Positions 17,698 through 27,831 of a DNA stretch of 64,000 nucleotides are shown here, piece by piece. Every line of letters begins with the position of its first letter. Within the stretch, counting starts at the first letter, position 1. A program made the position numbers and the translations under genes. The notes beneath the pieces were generated by a model, which did not search any database, was not told the origin of the DNA, and was given only the letters and a program-made list of their open reading frames with translations. The stretch spans positions 8,318 to 72,317 of the forward strand of contig JBAZQN010000007.1 of the NCBI GenBank assembly GCA_041645165.1, given 5' to 3'. The stretch is from Patescibacteria group bacterium. Its GTDB lineage: Bacteria > Patescibacteriota > Patescibacteriia > 2-02-FULL-49-11.

Positions 17698-17988
17698 CTA
17701 CTCTCCGAGGATGGAATCTTTTGCCGCTTTCGCGACCCGGAACTTCACCACGGTCTTTGCTTTGATCTGGATCTGCTCGCCGGTCGCGGGATTCCTTCCC
17801 ATGCGCGCGGGGCGGAATTTCTTCATGAGCTTGCCGACTCCCGGCAGGGTGACCTCTCCGGCCTTCTTCACCTCACCATACATGAGGCCCACGAGCGCGT
17901 CTACCACATTAGCTGCCTCTTTCTTGGTGTGCCCTGTCTTCTCCGCGAGCGCTTGAAGAAACTGAGTCTTCGTCATTGATTTACCCAT
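17698..17988 (-). CDS. hup: HU family DNA-binding protein
   Basis: MTK......LA, ARMGRNPATGEQIQIKA..VVKFR. Confidence 0.95.
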   Translation of the reverse strand: MGKSMTKTQFLQALAEKTGHTKKEAANVVDALVGLMYGEVKKAGEVTLPGVGKLMKKFRPARMGRNPATGEQIQIKAKTVVKFRVAKAAKDSILGE

Positions 17989-18595
17989 AGTAGTATATGT
18001 TAACGATTGGTAATCCCAATCCTATTTTAAGAAGACCTTTGAGGTGCCTTCCGCCTATAACCCCGCAGAAGGGTGGGGATAAAATTATCTCGTACGTGGT
18101 TGAGTATAGCCCAAATGACAAATAATGTGAATATAACACAAGACAATTACCCGCTTTCGTGCGTGATAAAGGTCGCGTTTCGTAGCCAATTCCGCTAATA
18201 TTTTAGTGTACAAAAGCTCCATTTTCTGTTAAAATATACCCCGTTACATCCAATATCCAGGCTTTTAATAGTATACCTAATATGCCGCTTTCTACCCTTT
18301 ATTATAGAATATTAATAAATTTTAGGTAACGGGGTAAATAAGATTATTTCTCTTAAACAAGCCTAATTTATGCCCAGCTATACAACATCCAAGAGGGAGG
18401 AAGATATCTTTGGCTAAAGAATTACTATGATATATAAGAGAACCTATGGAGAACGTTAAGAAACGCTTATTGCCTCCCTCACCGACCGCCACACCAGCAC
18501 TTAACCTTATTATAAACATTCCATAATAATCGCATTCATTAACCACAAACATGCAACGTCATCCGTGTGTGGCGTTGGATGTTGATATACTGGGT

Positions 18596-20359
18596 ATGAA
18601 AAGAAAGGCTAAAATTATAACCACGATAATCATAATTGCGGCAGTCGGAAGCGCGGTAGGCATCTCTCTTGCAAGGCGCAAGAGCGCAGTCCCCTATCTC
18701 ACCGAAAAGGCATCAAGGGACAGCCTTGCGCAAACCGTATCCGCATCGGGAAAGGTGAAATCATCCACCGATGTGCTGCTTTCATTTTCGCAAAGCGGAC
18801 GCGTGGCGTCGATCAAAGTAAAAGAGGGAGACAGGGTGGAGGAAGGGCAGCTGCTCCTGGCCTTAGACCCTTCAGAGGCTGAAGCGCGGGTAGACGAGTC
18901 CTTAGCGTCAGTGGCCGCCGCACGCGCTGACTATGACAAATTAATGGCAGGCGCATCACTCACCGAACGGTACCTTGCATCTGTCGCCGAAAAAAACACG
19001 CGCAACAACCTCGCGCAGGCGCGCATCCGCACGGAGGCGGATATCGCAAAAGCGGCTCAAGCGCTTGAAGAGGCGCGTACTGCCGTGAGCGCGTCAGAGA
19101 CAAACCTTCAGGAAGACCTTGCGGCGAAACTCACCGATGCGAAAACCGCGGCCGATACTGCGGAAAAAAAGACGCAGGGAGCCATGAACACCCTCGAGGA
19201 AATATATGACTCCGGAAATGATTTTAATTCTTACTTCACCATAAATAATACGGAAGCAAAAGAGAACGCGAAAAGCGCGAAAAGCGCTGCAGACAGCGCA
19301 TGGAGCCGATTCTCCTCTTCCCTTTCTTTGTTCCGCAACGCGCCCACGGAAGTGGCGGTCCACCAGTGGTTCCCCCGCTTAATTGAAGACCTCTCAATAA
19401 TGCGGATCTCCGTCTCCAAAACAAGTCTGGCGCTCAACGACGCCACGGTGAGCTCAAGCGCGCCAAAAACACTCACCACCTACCGCGCGGATATTGCGAG
19501 CGCCTGGACTGACCTCAACGCCTCCATCGCGGACCTCAATGACGCGGACATCGACCTTACCACCGCGCGCTTGAACGGCGAAGCTGCTTTAAAACTCAAA
19601 AAAGCGGCAGCCTCCACCGCGGAAGAAACACTTCAAGTGACCAAGGCGCAGGCGCAAACCACCCTTACCCAGGCAGAGGGAGATTTAAGAACTGCGGAAG
19701 CACAAAACCAGAAAACCATTGCGCCGCCCACCAAAGAGGAATCTGCGCTCTTAATCGCGCGGCTCGGGGAAGCGCAAGCATCCCTTGCCACGACGCAGGA
19801 TGCCCTTGAAAAAACGACAATGAAGAGCCCCCTAAAAGGCATTATTACCAATGTGGAAGTAAAAGTAGGCGAAACCGTATCGCCCGCCGTGACGGTCATC
19901 CGCCTCCTCACGGAAAACGCCCTTGAAATTTCCGTACAAACGCCGGAGTCGGACATCCCAAAATTGCAGATGAATGATAAGGCCGATATCACCCTTGACG
20001 CGTTTGGCAGCGCTACTGTCTTCGCGGGAAAAATCCGCTTTATCAATCCGGCAGAAACCATCATCGAAGGCGTGGTGTACTATGAAGTAACCGTCGCGTT
20101 TGATAACGCTGTTCCTGAAATCAAGCCGGGCATGAGCGCAGATGTTATCATGCATACTGATGAACGCAATAATGTCCTCACGGTTCCCTTGCGCGCCGTG
20201 AAGGAAAAAGACGGCATAAACTTCGTGGAAATACTCAATGGCGCATCCCTCGAGCAGAGAGAGGTTTCACTCGGCTTGCGCGGCGACGGCGGAAGGGTCG
20301 AGATCGCCAGCGGCCTCAAGGAAGGAGAGCTCGTGATCATTGGAACCAAAAAGAAATAA
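18596..20359 (+). CDS. Efflux membrane-fusion (periplasmic adaptor) protein, MacA/HlyD-like, with a long coiled coil
   Basis: VSASGKV, GRV..I.VKEGD.V..GQLL, SP..G.I..V.V..GE and KPGMSA.V. Confidence 0.9.
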   Translation: MKRKAKIITTIIIIAAVGSAVGISLARRKSAVPYLTEKASRDSLAQTVSASGKVKSSTDVLLSFSQSGRVASIKVKEGDRVEEGQLLLALDPSEAEARVDESLASVAAARADYDKLMAGASLTERYLASVAEKNTRNNLAQARIRTEADIAKAAQALEEARTAVSASETNLQEDLAAKLTDAKTAADTAEKKTQGAMNTLEEIYDSGNDFNSYFTINNTEAKENAKSAKSAADSAWSRFSSSLSLFRNAPTEVAVHQWFPRLIEDLSIMRISVSKTSLALNDATVSSSAPKTLTTYRADIASAWTDLNASIADLNDADIDLTTARLNGEAALKLKKAAASTAEETLQVTKAQAQTTLTQAEGDLRTAEAQNQKTIAPPTKEESALLIARLGEAQASLATTQDALEKTTMKSPLKGIITNVEVKVGETVSPAVTVIRLLTENALEISVQTPESDIPKLQMNDKADITLDAFGSATVFAGKIRFINPAETIIEGVVYYEVTVAFDNAVPEIKPGMSADVIMHTDERNNVLTVPLRAVKEKDGINFVEILNGASLEQREVSLGLRGDGGRVEIASGLKEGELVIIGTKKK

Positions 20360-20368
20360 CCAAGTGCA

Positions 20369-20482
20369 TAAATCCCAAATCCCAATTTCCAATGACCAAT
20401 AAAATCCCAATGTTTCAATGATCAAGTTTGGACATTTGGATTTTGAGCTTTATTGGGAATTGGGATTTGGACATTGGGATTT
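20369..20482. repeat. 7-nt periodic hairpin element (copy D)
   Basis: aaatcccaaatcccaatttccaatgaccaat ... attgggaattgggatttggacattgggattt. Confidence 0.8.
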
Positions 20483-20488
20483 TCTCTT

Positions 20489-21196
20489 ATGCTCATTGAT
20501 GTCCGTAATCTCTCTAAAACTTACGTGAACGACGAAGTGGAAACTCCCGTCCTCTTCAACCTCTCCTTTTCAATTCAGAACGGAGAGTTTGTGGCTATTA
20601 TGGGGCCTTCAGGCTCCGGCAAATCCACGCTTATGCACATCCTCGGGTTCCTTGACCGCCCCACCAAGGGCACCTATTCGTTTCTCGGCGAGAATACGGC
20701 GCAATTCAGCGACACGGATCTCGCGGCATTGAGGAACAAAAAAATTGGCTTCGTGTTCCAGTCATTCAATCTTCTGCCACGCACCAAGGTGCTTGAGAAC
20801 GTCATCCTCCCTCTTGAATATACGAACCGCAAGGATAAAATAGAAGCTTCTCAAAACGCCCTCCGCGCAGTCGGGCTCGAGCACCGTATGGGGCACTACT
20901 CCAACCAGCTCTCGGGCGGCGAGAAGCAGCGGGTGGCGATCGCGCGGGCCTTGGTCAATGATCCTGACATTATTTTTGCCGACGAGCCGACCGGCAACCT
21001 GGATTCAAAATCAGGCCAACAAGTGATGGAAATCCTCCAAAAACTGAATGAACGAGGCAAAACCATCATACTGGTCACCCATGAACAGTACACCGCGGGA
21101 ATGGCCAAAAGGATCATAAAGATGCACGATGGCGCGATCATCGCCGATGAACAGGTGGAGCAGCGGCTGATGGCGGCAGACGGACTCATCAAATGA
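20489..21196 (+). CDS. ABC transporter ATP-binding protein (MacB/LolD-like)
   Basis: [33 protein letters not shown]. Confidence 0.95.
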   Translation: MLIDVRNLSKTYVNDEVETPVLFNLSFSIQNGEFVAIMGPSGSGKSTLMHILGFLDRPTKGTYSFLGENTAQFSDTDLAALRNKKIGFVFQSFNLLPRTKVLENVILPLEYTNRKDKIEASQNALRAVGLEHRMGHYSNQLSGGEKQRVAIARALVNDPDIIFADEPTGNLDSKSGQQVMEILQKLNERGKTIILVTHEQYTAGMAKRIIKMHDGAIIADEQVEQRLMAADGLIK

Positions 21197-21197
21197 G

Positions 21198-21327
21198 AAA
21201 TCCCAAACCCCAATGTCCAATTCCCAATAAAATCCCAACTCCAAAAATCCCAATTTGGCATTTGTCATTTAATCATTATTGGTCATTGGTCATTCATTTG
21301 ACATTGGGATTTTGACATTTGGATTTC
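21198..21327. repeat. 7-nt periodic hairpin element (copy E)
   Basis: aaatcccaaaccccaatgtccaattcccaat ... ttgacattgggattttgacatttggattt. Confidence 0.8.
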
Positions 21328-21334
21328 TATTTCT

Positions 21335-22564
21335 ATGTTTTTCTCCCCCATTAAATCCTCTATTAAAATCCTCCGAAAGAGCCGCAACCGGACTTTTTTA
21401 TCCATACTCGGGATTGTCATCGGCATTGCCGCCGTCATTATTATCATGTCCGTGGGCGCGGGCGCGCAAAGCCTCATCTTCAACCAAATCACGTCCGTCG
21501 GATCCAATCTCATCGGGGTGCTGCCCGGCTACAGCGACGAAGAAGGGCCGCCCGCGTCAATCATGGGCATCGCGGTGACCACCCTCAAACATGAGGACGC
21601 ACTGGCGCTAAAAAAAATTACGGGAGTGGAGGCGGTGACGAGCTACGTGCGCGGCATTGAGAGCATCCAGTGGCAGAACCAAACAACGGACGCCACCTAC
21701 ATCGGCACTACTGCCGAATACCCGCAGGTGGAATCGGCTGATATGGAGATAGGCGATTTCTTTGACGCATCAAGCGAAACCGGCATCGCGCGCGTCGCAG
21801 TCCTCGGCTGGCAAGTCTGGCAGGAACTCTTCGGCGACCAAAGCCCCGTAGGAGAAACCATACGGATAAAAAGCGAACAGTTTCGCGTCATCGGCGTGAT
21901 AGAGAAAAAAGGGGTGCAGGGATTTGAAAACAAAGATATGCAAGTGTTTATTCCCCTCGAGACTGCGCAAAAACTCATGCTGGGGATCCGCCATGTCAAT
22001 ATGATTCGCATCAAGGTGGTGAGCGATGAAATGGTGTCCACCGCACTCGACCAGACCAAAGCAATCCTAAGAGAGCGCCACCGCCTCACCGGCACGATGC
22101 CTGACGACTTCACGGCGCGCGCGGCAACCCAAGCGCTTGATTCGCTCGGCCAGATCACCAATGCGTTGAAATTTTTCCTGGCGGGGATCGCCGCCATCTC
22201 CCTTTTGGTGGGCGGCGTAGGCATAATGAATATCATGCTGATTGCCGTCAATGAGCGGATGAGGGAAATCGGACTTCGCAAAGCAGTAGGCGCCACCAAT
22301 AGCAACATCCAGACACAATTTTTATCGGAAGCCTTGGTGCTCACGGTAGTGGGTGGTGTCATTGGCATTATCGTGGGCGCCGCGGTGTCCGCGCTCGTGG
22401 CGCTCGTGGCAAATTACCTTGGCTACCAATGGCAATATGTGGTCACCCTCTCATCGATTGTGCTTGGTGTTGGCTTTTCCGGCATGGTGGGCATCGTGTT
22501 CGGCTGGTATCCTGCCCGACGGGCATCAAAACTCGAACCCGTGGAAGCGCTGAGATATGAATAA
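21335..22564 (+). CDS. ABC transporter permease (MacB/FtsX family)
   Basis: LGIVIGI, ISLLVGGVGIMNIM..V.ER..EIGLRKAVGA, PARRA..L.PVEALRYE. Confidence 0.95.
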   Translation: MFFSPIKSSIKILRKSRNRTFLSILGIVIGIAAVIIIMSVGAGAQSLIFNQITSVGSNLIGVLPGYSDEEGPPASIMGIAVTTLKHEDALALKKITGVEAVTSYVRGIESIQWQNQTTDATYIGTTAEYPQVESADMEIGDFFDASSETGIARVAVLGWQVWQELFGDQSPVGETIRIKSEQFRVIGVIEKKGVQGFENKDMQVFIPLETAQKLMLGIRHVNMIRIKVVSDEMVSTALDQTKAILRERHRLTGTMPDDFTARAATQALDSLGQITNALKFFLAGIAAISLLVGGVGIMNIMLIAVNERMREIGLRKAVGATNSNIQTQFLSEALVLTVVGGVIGIIVGAAVSALVALVANYLGYQWQYVVTLSSIVLGVGFSGMVGIVFGWYPARRASKLEPVEALRYE

Positions 22565-22781
22565 TTCAAATCCATAATTTTCAAGGTTCAATTTTGCAAT
22601 TTTTCCCCCGACTTGTCGGGGGATCCCGCTGCGGCGGGACAATCAATGTTACAATGATCCAATTTTCCAATGTTTGAAAATTGTCGCATTGAAAATTATT
22701 TGAAAATTGAGCACTGGGAATTGAAAATTATCAAGGTTGGGATTTATTTGGACACTGGACATTGGAATTTGGAAATTGAAA
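22565..22781. repeat. 7-nt periodic hairpin element (copy F) with nested GC-rich hairpins at ~22604-22640
   Basis: Shares ggatcccgc..gcgggac-aatcaatgt..caatga with copy B. Confidence 0.8.
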
Positions 22782-22796
22782 TACACTCATTACTTT

Positions 22797-24047
22797 ATGA
22801 CTCTCCTCTCTCCCCTCTCCATCTCCTACCGCACCTTGAAGGCCCACAAAGTGAGATCGCTGCTCACGGTACTTGGCCTCATGATCGGTGTCATGTCAAT
22901 CATTCTCGTCATGAACATGGGGCAGGGCATCAAGCATTTCGTATTAAGCGAAGCATCGGCCTTTGGTACCGATTTTATCCAAATTGAAATCAAGGTGCCT
23001 TCCACGAAACATACCTCCAGCGAAAACGCCATGGGGCTCGCCCAGGGCATTACCATCACGACGCTGAAGATAAAAGACGCGGAACAGATAGCGAAACACC
23101 CTAATATCAAAGGCTATTACGCGAACCAAATGGGTCAGGAGATTGTGAGCACTGACATGGATGATAAAACGGCGATGCTCTGGGGTGTGTCAGCGCAGTT
23201 TTTTGGCCTGTATCAAGCGCAGGTGGCAGAAGGCCGCCCTTTTACCGATGAAGAAGACAAATCCCAGGAACAAGTGGCGGTCATCGGCACCGCTTTAAAA
23301 AAAACATTATTCAATGATGATGCCGCGCTCGGCAAGAAGATAAAAGTGGGAACGACGAAATTTACCGTCATCGGCGTCATGGAGGAGCAAGGAAGCTACT
23401 TTGGGTTCCTTGATATGGATAATATAGTCTTCTTGCCAGTGAGAACCCTGCAGAAAAAAATTATGGGCATTGACCACCTCCAGTCCATCACCGCATATTT
23501 GAAAGACCCTAATCTCGCGCATGCCACCGCAGAAGACATAACCGGCATCCTGCGTGAACAGCACGCGATTACTGATCCTAAAAAGGACGACTTTTCGGTC
23601 ACCACCATGGATGATGCGCTTGCCATGATCAACACCATCAGCGGCGGCATCACGCTCTTGCTTGTCGCGATCGCCGCCATCTCCCTTTTGGTGGGCGGCG
23701 TGGGCATCATGAACGTGATGTATGTGTCGGTGTCAGAGCGCACGTATGAAATAGGGCTGCGCAAGGCGGTGGGAGCGACAGAAAAAGCAATCCTTTGGCA
23801 ATTTTTATGGGAAGCGATTTTCTTGACATTTTCCGGAGGGCTTGTCGGCGTGACCTTAGGCACGCTCCAAAGTTTCGCCGTCACCTATGCGGCAAGGTAT
23901 GCAGGAATTGACTGGGGCTTCCAATTTTCCTGGGGAGGCGTGGCGCTCGCGGTATGTTTTTCCGTGGTGGTCGGCCTCATCTTCGGCATTTATCCCGCGC
24001 GCAAAGCATCCCGCATGCAGCCAGTCGAAGCCCTAAGGCAAGAATAA
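22797..24047 (+). CDS. Second ABC transporter permease (MacB/FtsX family)
   Basis: Same motifs as the preceding permease; ATG at 22797 preferred. Confidence 0.95.
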   Translation: MTLLSPLSISYRTLKAHKVRSLLTVLGLMIGVMSIILVMNMGQGIKHFVLSEASAFGTDFIQIEIKVPSTKHTSSENAMGLAQGITITTLKIKDAEQIAKHPNIKGYYANQMGQEIVSTDMDDKTAMLWGVSAQFFGLYQAQVAEGRPFTDEEDKSQEQVAVIGTALKKTLFNDDAALGKKIKVGTTKFTVIGVMEEQGSYFGFLDMDNIVFLPVRTLQKKIMGIDHLQSITAYLKDPNLAHATAEDITGILREQHAITDPKKDDFSVTTMDDALAMINTISGGITLLLVAIAAISLLVGGVGIMNVMYVSVSERTYEIGLRKAVGATEKAILWQFLWEAIFLTFSGGLVGVTLGTLQSFAVTYAARYAGIDWGFQFSWGGVALAVCFSVVVGLIFGIYPARKASRMQPVEALRQE

Positions 24048-24108
24048 TTTTCAAGGCAAAAATAAAAACCATATCATACCCTGATATGGCATCTTGTTCC
24101 GTTAAAAC

Positions 24109-24202
24109 TATTCACCTATTTCCGCCATAGGCGGACAAGCGCGCCTGCCCCGCTCGCCACGTTGCATAACTGTGGCCGCATGGCTGGGGCGAATTAGAGA
24201 AG
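24109..24202. repeat. 94-bp direct repeat, left copy
   Basis: Matches 26699-26792 with 5 mismatches by manual alignment. Confidence 0.9.
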
Positions 24203-24222
24203 GTAAATGAAATAATTCGTGT

Positions 24223-24990
24223 TTATTTGGTTTTCTCATCCCTTCCCAGCGATTCCCACAGTGACCAAAATAAGAAACACAAAATTTGCGCAATTGGTAC
24301 ACTCTCAATCACTATCGCTTGTGGTACTTTCTCAAACGAGACCAGGACAATTTTATCACCACAGAGACAGAAGATGGAATTGAACGTAATTGGTTTAGAC
24401 AAAAAGCGATACTCGCGGAATAACGTGTCGCCTTCCTGAAACCGTTTCTCACTAATCAAATTACGATCGGTAATCGCATAGAGCTTTGACCCACCAATCT
24501 GGCGGCGTTTTTTTGTAAATTTTTTAAGGATCTGCGCCAACGTCGTGTGTGCAAGTACTGTATTTCCCGAGTACACAAAAAGAAGATCATGCCGATCATG
24601 GAGGAGCTCGCTCCCCAGTTTCCACAGAGACATCACGCCTTCATATATTCTCACGTGCGGCATCGTCGCCGGAGACGCGGCAGCGAGTGCTTGCAATCGC
24701 GGCAAAGCTTTCATAAGGCTATTTTCTTTTGCTTCAATTTCAGCCTTCTGCGCGCGGACAAGTTTTAACAATTCTTCCGGATCGACCGCGCTGTAAGCTT
24801 TCTTGCCCTTTTTAACGCTCACTTCGATAACCCCAAGCTTAATGAGTCGCTCCAAGCAAAAATACACAGTGGGACGTTTAATACCCGAAATTTGGCTGAT
24901 TTCCCTAACTTCACTCGCTCCAAGCTTAAGCAAGGTGGTAAAGATACTTGCCTCTTTCTGTGATAATCCCAATTTTTCTAGAATTTTCAT
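24223..24990 (-). CDS. TrmB-family transcriptional regulator
   Basis: LEKLGLS..EA.I...LL..G......IS..SGI.RPTVY..L..L...G HTH, followed by V..YEG. Confidence 0.85.
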   Translation of the reverse strand: MKILEKLGLSQKEASIFTTLLKLGASEVREISQISGIKRPTVYFCLERLIKLGVIEVSVKKGKKAYSAVDPEELLKLVRAQKAEIEAKENSLMKALPRLQALAAASPATMPHVRIYEGVMSLWKLGSELLHDRHDLLFVYSGNTVLAHTTLAQILKKFTKKRRQIGGSKLYAITDRNLISEKRFQEGDTLFREYRFLSKPITFNSIFCLCGDKIVLVSFEKVPQAIVIESVPIAQILCFLFWSLWESLGRDEKTK

Positions 24991-25225
24991 ATTTCTGTTA
25001 GTAACCGCTGACAACATTGATATCTTATTCTTTTGCTTAAATTAGTCAAATTTTCCGTGCCTTGTCCATGTAATGAAAAAATATTTCAGTACCTATTGTT
25101 AATAGAGCAGCAATGGAAGAAGCTGATAGTGATAAATTCACAACATTCTGTCATTCCGGACCTGATCCGGAGAATCCAGAAAAACAAATCACGTCAAATG
25201 AACCTTAACAAAAGGAGATGAGAAA

Positions 25226-26593
25226 ATGAAAAAGAGAGTATTGTTTTTGCAATTCACGATCGGTACACTAGACCGTGGATATTGGAATCCTCTTGGTTTG
25301 GCTCCGCATGATTATTTCTACGCGGAGCCAGGTGTCGCTTGGGTGGCACAAGCGATCGCGGCCGACCACGAAGTCCAAGTGATCGACTGCGACTTCTTGA
25401 ACGATGAGGAAGTGTTGTCCTCAATCGCCCAATTTGGTCCCAATATCGTCGGATTTTCCTGCTTCACCGCAGGATATCCACGAGCACAGAGGATTACCTG
25501 GTTAATTAATTCGGCAATTGTGAAACTTTGGGGCGGTTGGCACGCATCAATGATCTCGGCGCAAGTGCTCGCGGAGAACCCAAATTCTATCGTAGTCAAG
25601 GGAAGAGGCGAGGGAGTTATTCGAGATATCGTGAATTCGCCCCGGCACTACACCGGAACAATTATCGATGGGAACGCGATTCCAGCGCCGCGACATTATC
25701 CCTTCTCCGTGGTTACGCGGACGCCGTATTTTAAATTCTTCGGCGTTCCACCGGAACAAAAAACAGCTTCTGTCGTTATTTGCGGAGGCTGCACTTTAGG
25801 GTGCAGCTATTGCCCATCGGCCAGATCTGGTCTCGGGTTTATGCGATCCCCTGAAGATATCATTCACGAAGTAATACAGCTCGAAGAACGAGGAGTCAAC
25901 TTTATCTTTGTTCGAGATGAAAATCCCTTCCTCCTCAAGTTTCGACCATGGTTGCTCCGCTTCTGTGATCTCGCCGAACGAACAATTCGTGGACGGGTTC
26001 AATTCCATTCATTCGGCGACGCACGCTTTGTCGACACAGAACTCGTTCAAGCACTGGCAGGAGCAGGATGGAGCGGTTTGGATATCGGGATAGAACACAT
26101 CACCGCTGCGGGTCGCAAACGCTTAGGAAGAAAACAGGACTGGTGGAAAACCGTCGAGGCGTTCGAAATGATGAAGAATAAGGGTTTATTTTTGACCGCA
26201 AATTTCATTGTCTGGGCTCCTGGAGATACTCTTAAAACATTTAACCAAACACTACTGGGTCTTAAGGAACTCCGACCTGACGAATTACTGCCGCTATTTT
26301 TCACTCCTTTACCAGGATTGGCCGATGGCAAGTTTGACAGTCTTCCAAGGCGAACCCAACGATTGGAGGATTTTCATTTTTTAAAACCAATTCTGGTAAA
26401 TGACGCACAAGTAACCGATGAGGAGCTCATCGTACAGAGGAAACTCCTCATGCGAAATTATTACTCTTCATCTGAATATATAGCTTTAATGAAATTCCGA
26501 AGACGACAATTCGGAGACCAGCGGTTCAAGAATCTCACCGCCATCCGCCGGCAAAGGTTCTTGAAATACGGCATTGATCTATGGAACCTTTAG
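25226..26593 (+). CDS. B12-binding-domain radical SAM protein
   Basis: N-terminal PG..W.A / VGFS / WGGWHAS / GRGE cobalamin-binding-type motifs; CTLGCSYC (CxxxCxxC); RSPE...E, DEN and GIE. Confidence 0.85.
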   Translation: MKKRVLFLQFTIGTLDRGYWNPLGLAPHDYFYAEPGVAWVAQAIAADHEVQVIDCDFLNDEEVLSSIAQFGPNIVGFSCFTAGYPRAQRITWLINSAIVKLWGGWHASMISAQVLAENPNSIVVKGRGEGVIRDIVNSPRHYTGTIIDGNAIPAPRHYPFSVVTRTPYFKFFGVPPEQKTASVVICGGCTLGCSYCPSARSGLGFMRSPEDIIHEVIQLEERGVNFIFVRDENPFLLKFRPWLLRFCDLAERTIRGRVQFHSFGDARFVDTELVQALAGAGWSGLDIGIEHITAAGRKRLGRKQDWWKTVEAFEMMKNKGLFLTANFIVWAPGDTLKTFNQTLLGLKELRPDELLPLFFTPLPGLADGKFDSLPRRTQRLEDFHFLKPILVNDAQVTDEELIVQRKLLMRNYYSSSEYIALMKFRRRQFGDQRFKNLTAIRRQRFLKYGIDLWNL

Positions 26594-26698
26594 TAAAAAA
26601 CGTCCGCATATAGTACGATCGTATTATAGACGGACGTTTCCTAAACAGCAAAGACCGCTACAATATACGCAGCGGTCTTATTTTTTACACTATTCCCC

Positions 26699-26792
26699 TA
26701 TTCCCCTATTTCCGCCATAGGCGGACATGCGCGCTCGCCCCGCTCGCCACGTTGCATAACTGTGGCCGAATGGCTGGGGCGAATTAGAGAAG
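26699..26792. repeat. 94-bp direct repeat, right copy
   Basis: Matches 24109-24202. Confidence 0.9.
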
Positions 26793-26829
26793 TATGTGAT
26801 GTATAATTTTCCTATAATCCTTTAAAAAA

Positions 26830-27360
26830 CTATGGTGAGAATCCCGCATCAATGATGCGCTTGGCTTCAGTGAGAAACGCCAGTTCCCGCGCGTGGATGA
26901 ATATGCCAAAATAATTGTCCACTTTCTCACCGCGTATCACATTGATGGCTTCCTCAAGCCCCATCCACTGGATTTCAAGCCCTTTCTCTTTCTCATCCTG
27001 GGTAAGCTGCGGCTCTTGTAGCTCGCCCACCGACCGCGCTATCCAACAATACGAATCCCTCATTTGCCGCGCGCGATCGCGATACTCGATGACGCGCCCC
27101 ACTTCATGGAGCAGAGTGACTTCACAGCCCACTTCCTCGCGCAACTCCCTCTTCAGCGACGCGGCAATTGATTCGCCGTCTTCCACGCCGCCGCCCGGCA
27201 GCTTGTGGTAACCGCGGTTTTTAATGTACACAAGCGCAATCTTTTGCACGGAATTAATCACGACCGCACGCACCGAGAGCTTACGATCATTATATATTCC
27301 ATGCCGCGTATCAGCGTCTTTCAACAAATCACGATCATGAATCTCTTGCAGTAGCTTCAT
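26830..27360 (-). CDS. NUDIX hydrolase
   Basis: Nudix box GGGVEDGESIAASLKRELREEVG. Confidence 0.93.
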   Translation of the reverse strand: MKLLQEIHDRDLLKDADTRHGIYNDRKLSVRAVVINSVQKIALVYIKNRGYHKLPGGGVEDGESIAASLKRELREEVGCEVTLLHEVGRVIEYRDRARQMRDSYCWIARSVGELQEPQLTQDEKEKGLEIQWMGLEEAINVIRGEKVDNYFGIFIHARELAFLTEAKRIIDAGFSP

Positions 27361-27376
27361 GAGGATTATGGCATAT

Positions 27377-27724
27377 TTATAATTTTGTATATTTTGTATT
27401 CTTCCCCTTTGATTTCTCTATGGGATATTTCGCTTCGTTTTTCCTGATTTTTTTCTGCGCGGCGGTGATCAGGTCAATGCCGAGCTTATCGCTCAACATT
27501 AGCAGGTAAACCAGCACATCTGAAAGTTCATCGCTCACTTCGCCCTTCTGGGCATCGAGGTATAGAGCGAGCTCTTCTCCATTTTTCCATTGAAAATGCT
27601 CTAGGACTTCAGCAGCCTCCAACACAAGCGAAATGGCAAGATCTTTGGGATTATGGTACTGATCCCAATCCCGGGCATTGGTAAATGCGCGTATTTTATT
27701 AAGAAGAGTCTCTATTGAGTCCAT
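27377..27724 (-). CDS. MazG-like nucleotide pyrophosphohydrolase (dCTPase-like)
   Basis: RDWDQYHNPKDLA.SL..EAAE.LE.FQW...DELSDV. Confidence 0.9.
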   Translation of the reverse strand: MDSIETLLNKIRAFTNARDWDQYHNPKDLAISLVLEAAEVLEHFQWKNGEELALYLDAQKGEVSDELSDVLVYLLMLSDKLGIDLITAAQKKIRKNEAKYPIEKSKGKNTKYTKL

Positions 27725-27831
27725 AAAATTACCATAAAATTACGATATTGACAGTATAATACTCAGCGCCTTTAGTATCAAATGAGTGTTACACGCACAC
27801 AGGATATCACGCGTCGTTTATATGAAAAATT

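Noticed and set aside
18322-18552. 76-aa minus-strand ORF
   Set aside because: No motif or RBS; lies in the AT-rich region upstream of the efflux operon.
24109-24202. tRNA or attL/attR of a tRNA-integrated element
   Set aside because: No T-loop GTTCRA, cloverleaf or CCA end on either strand; no integrase.
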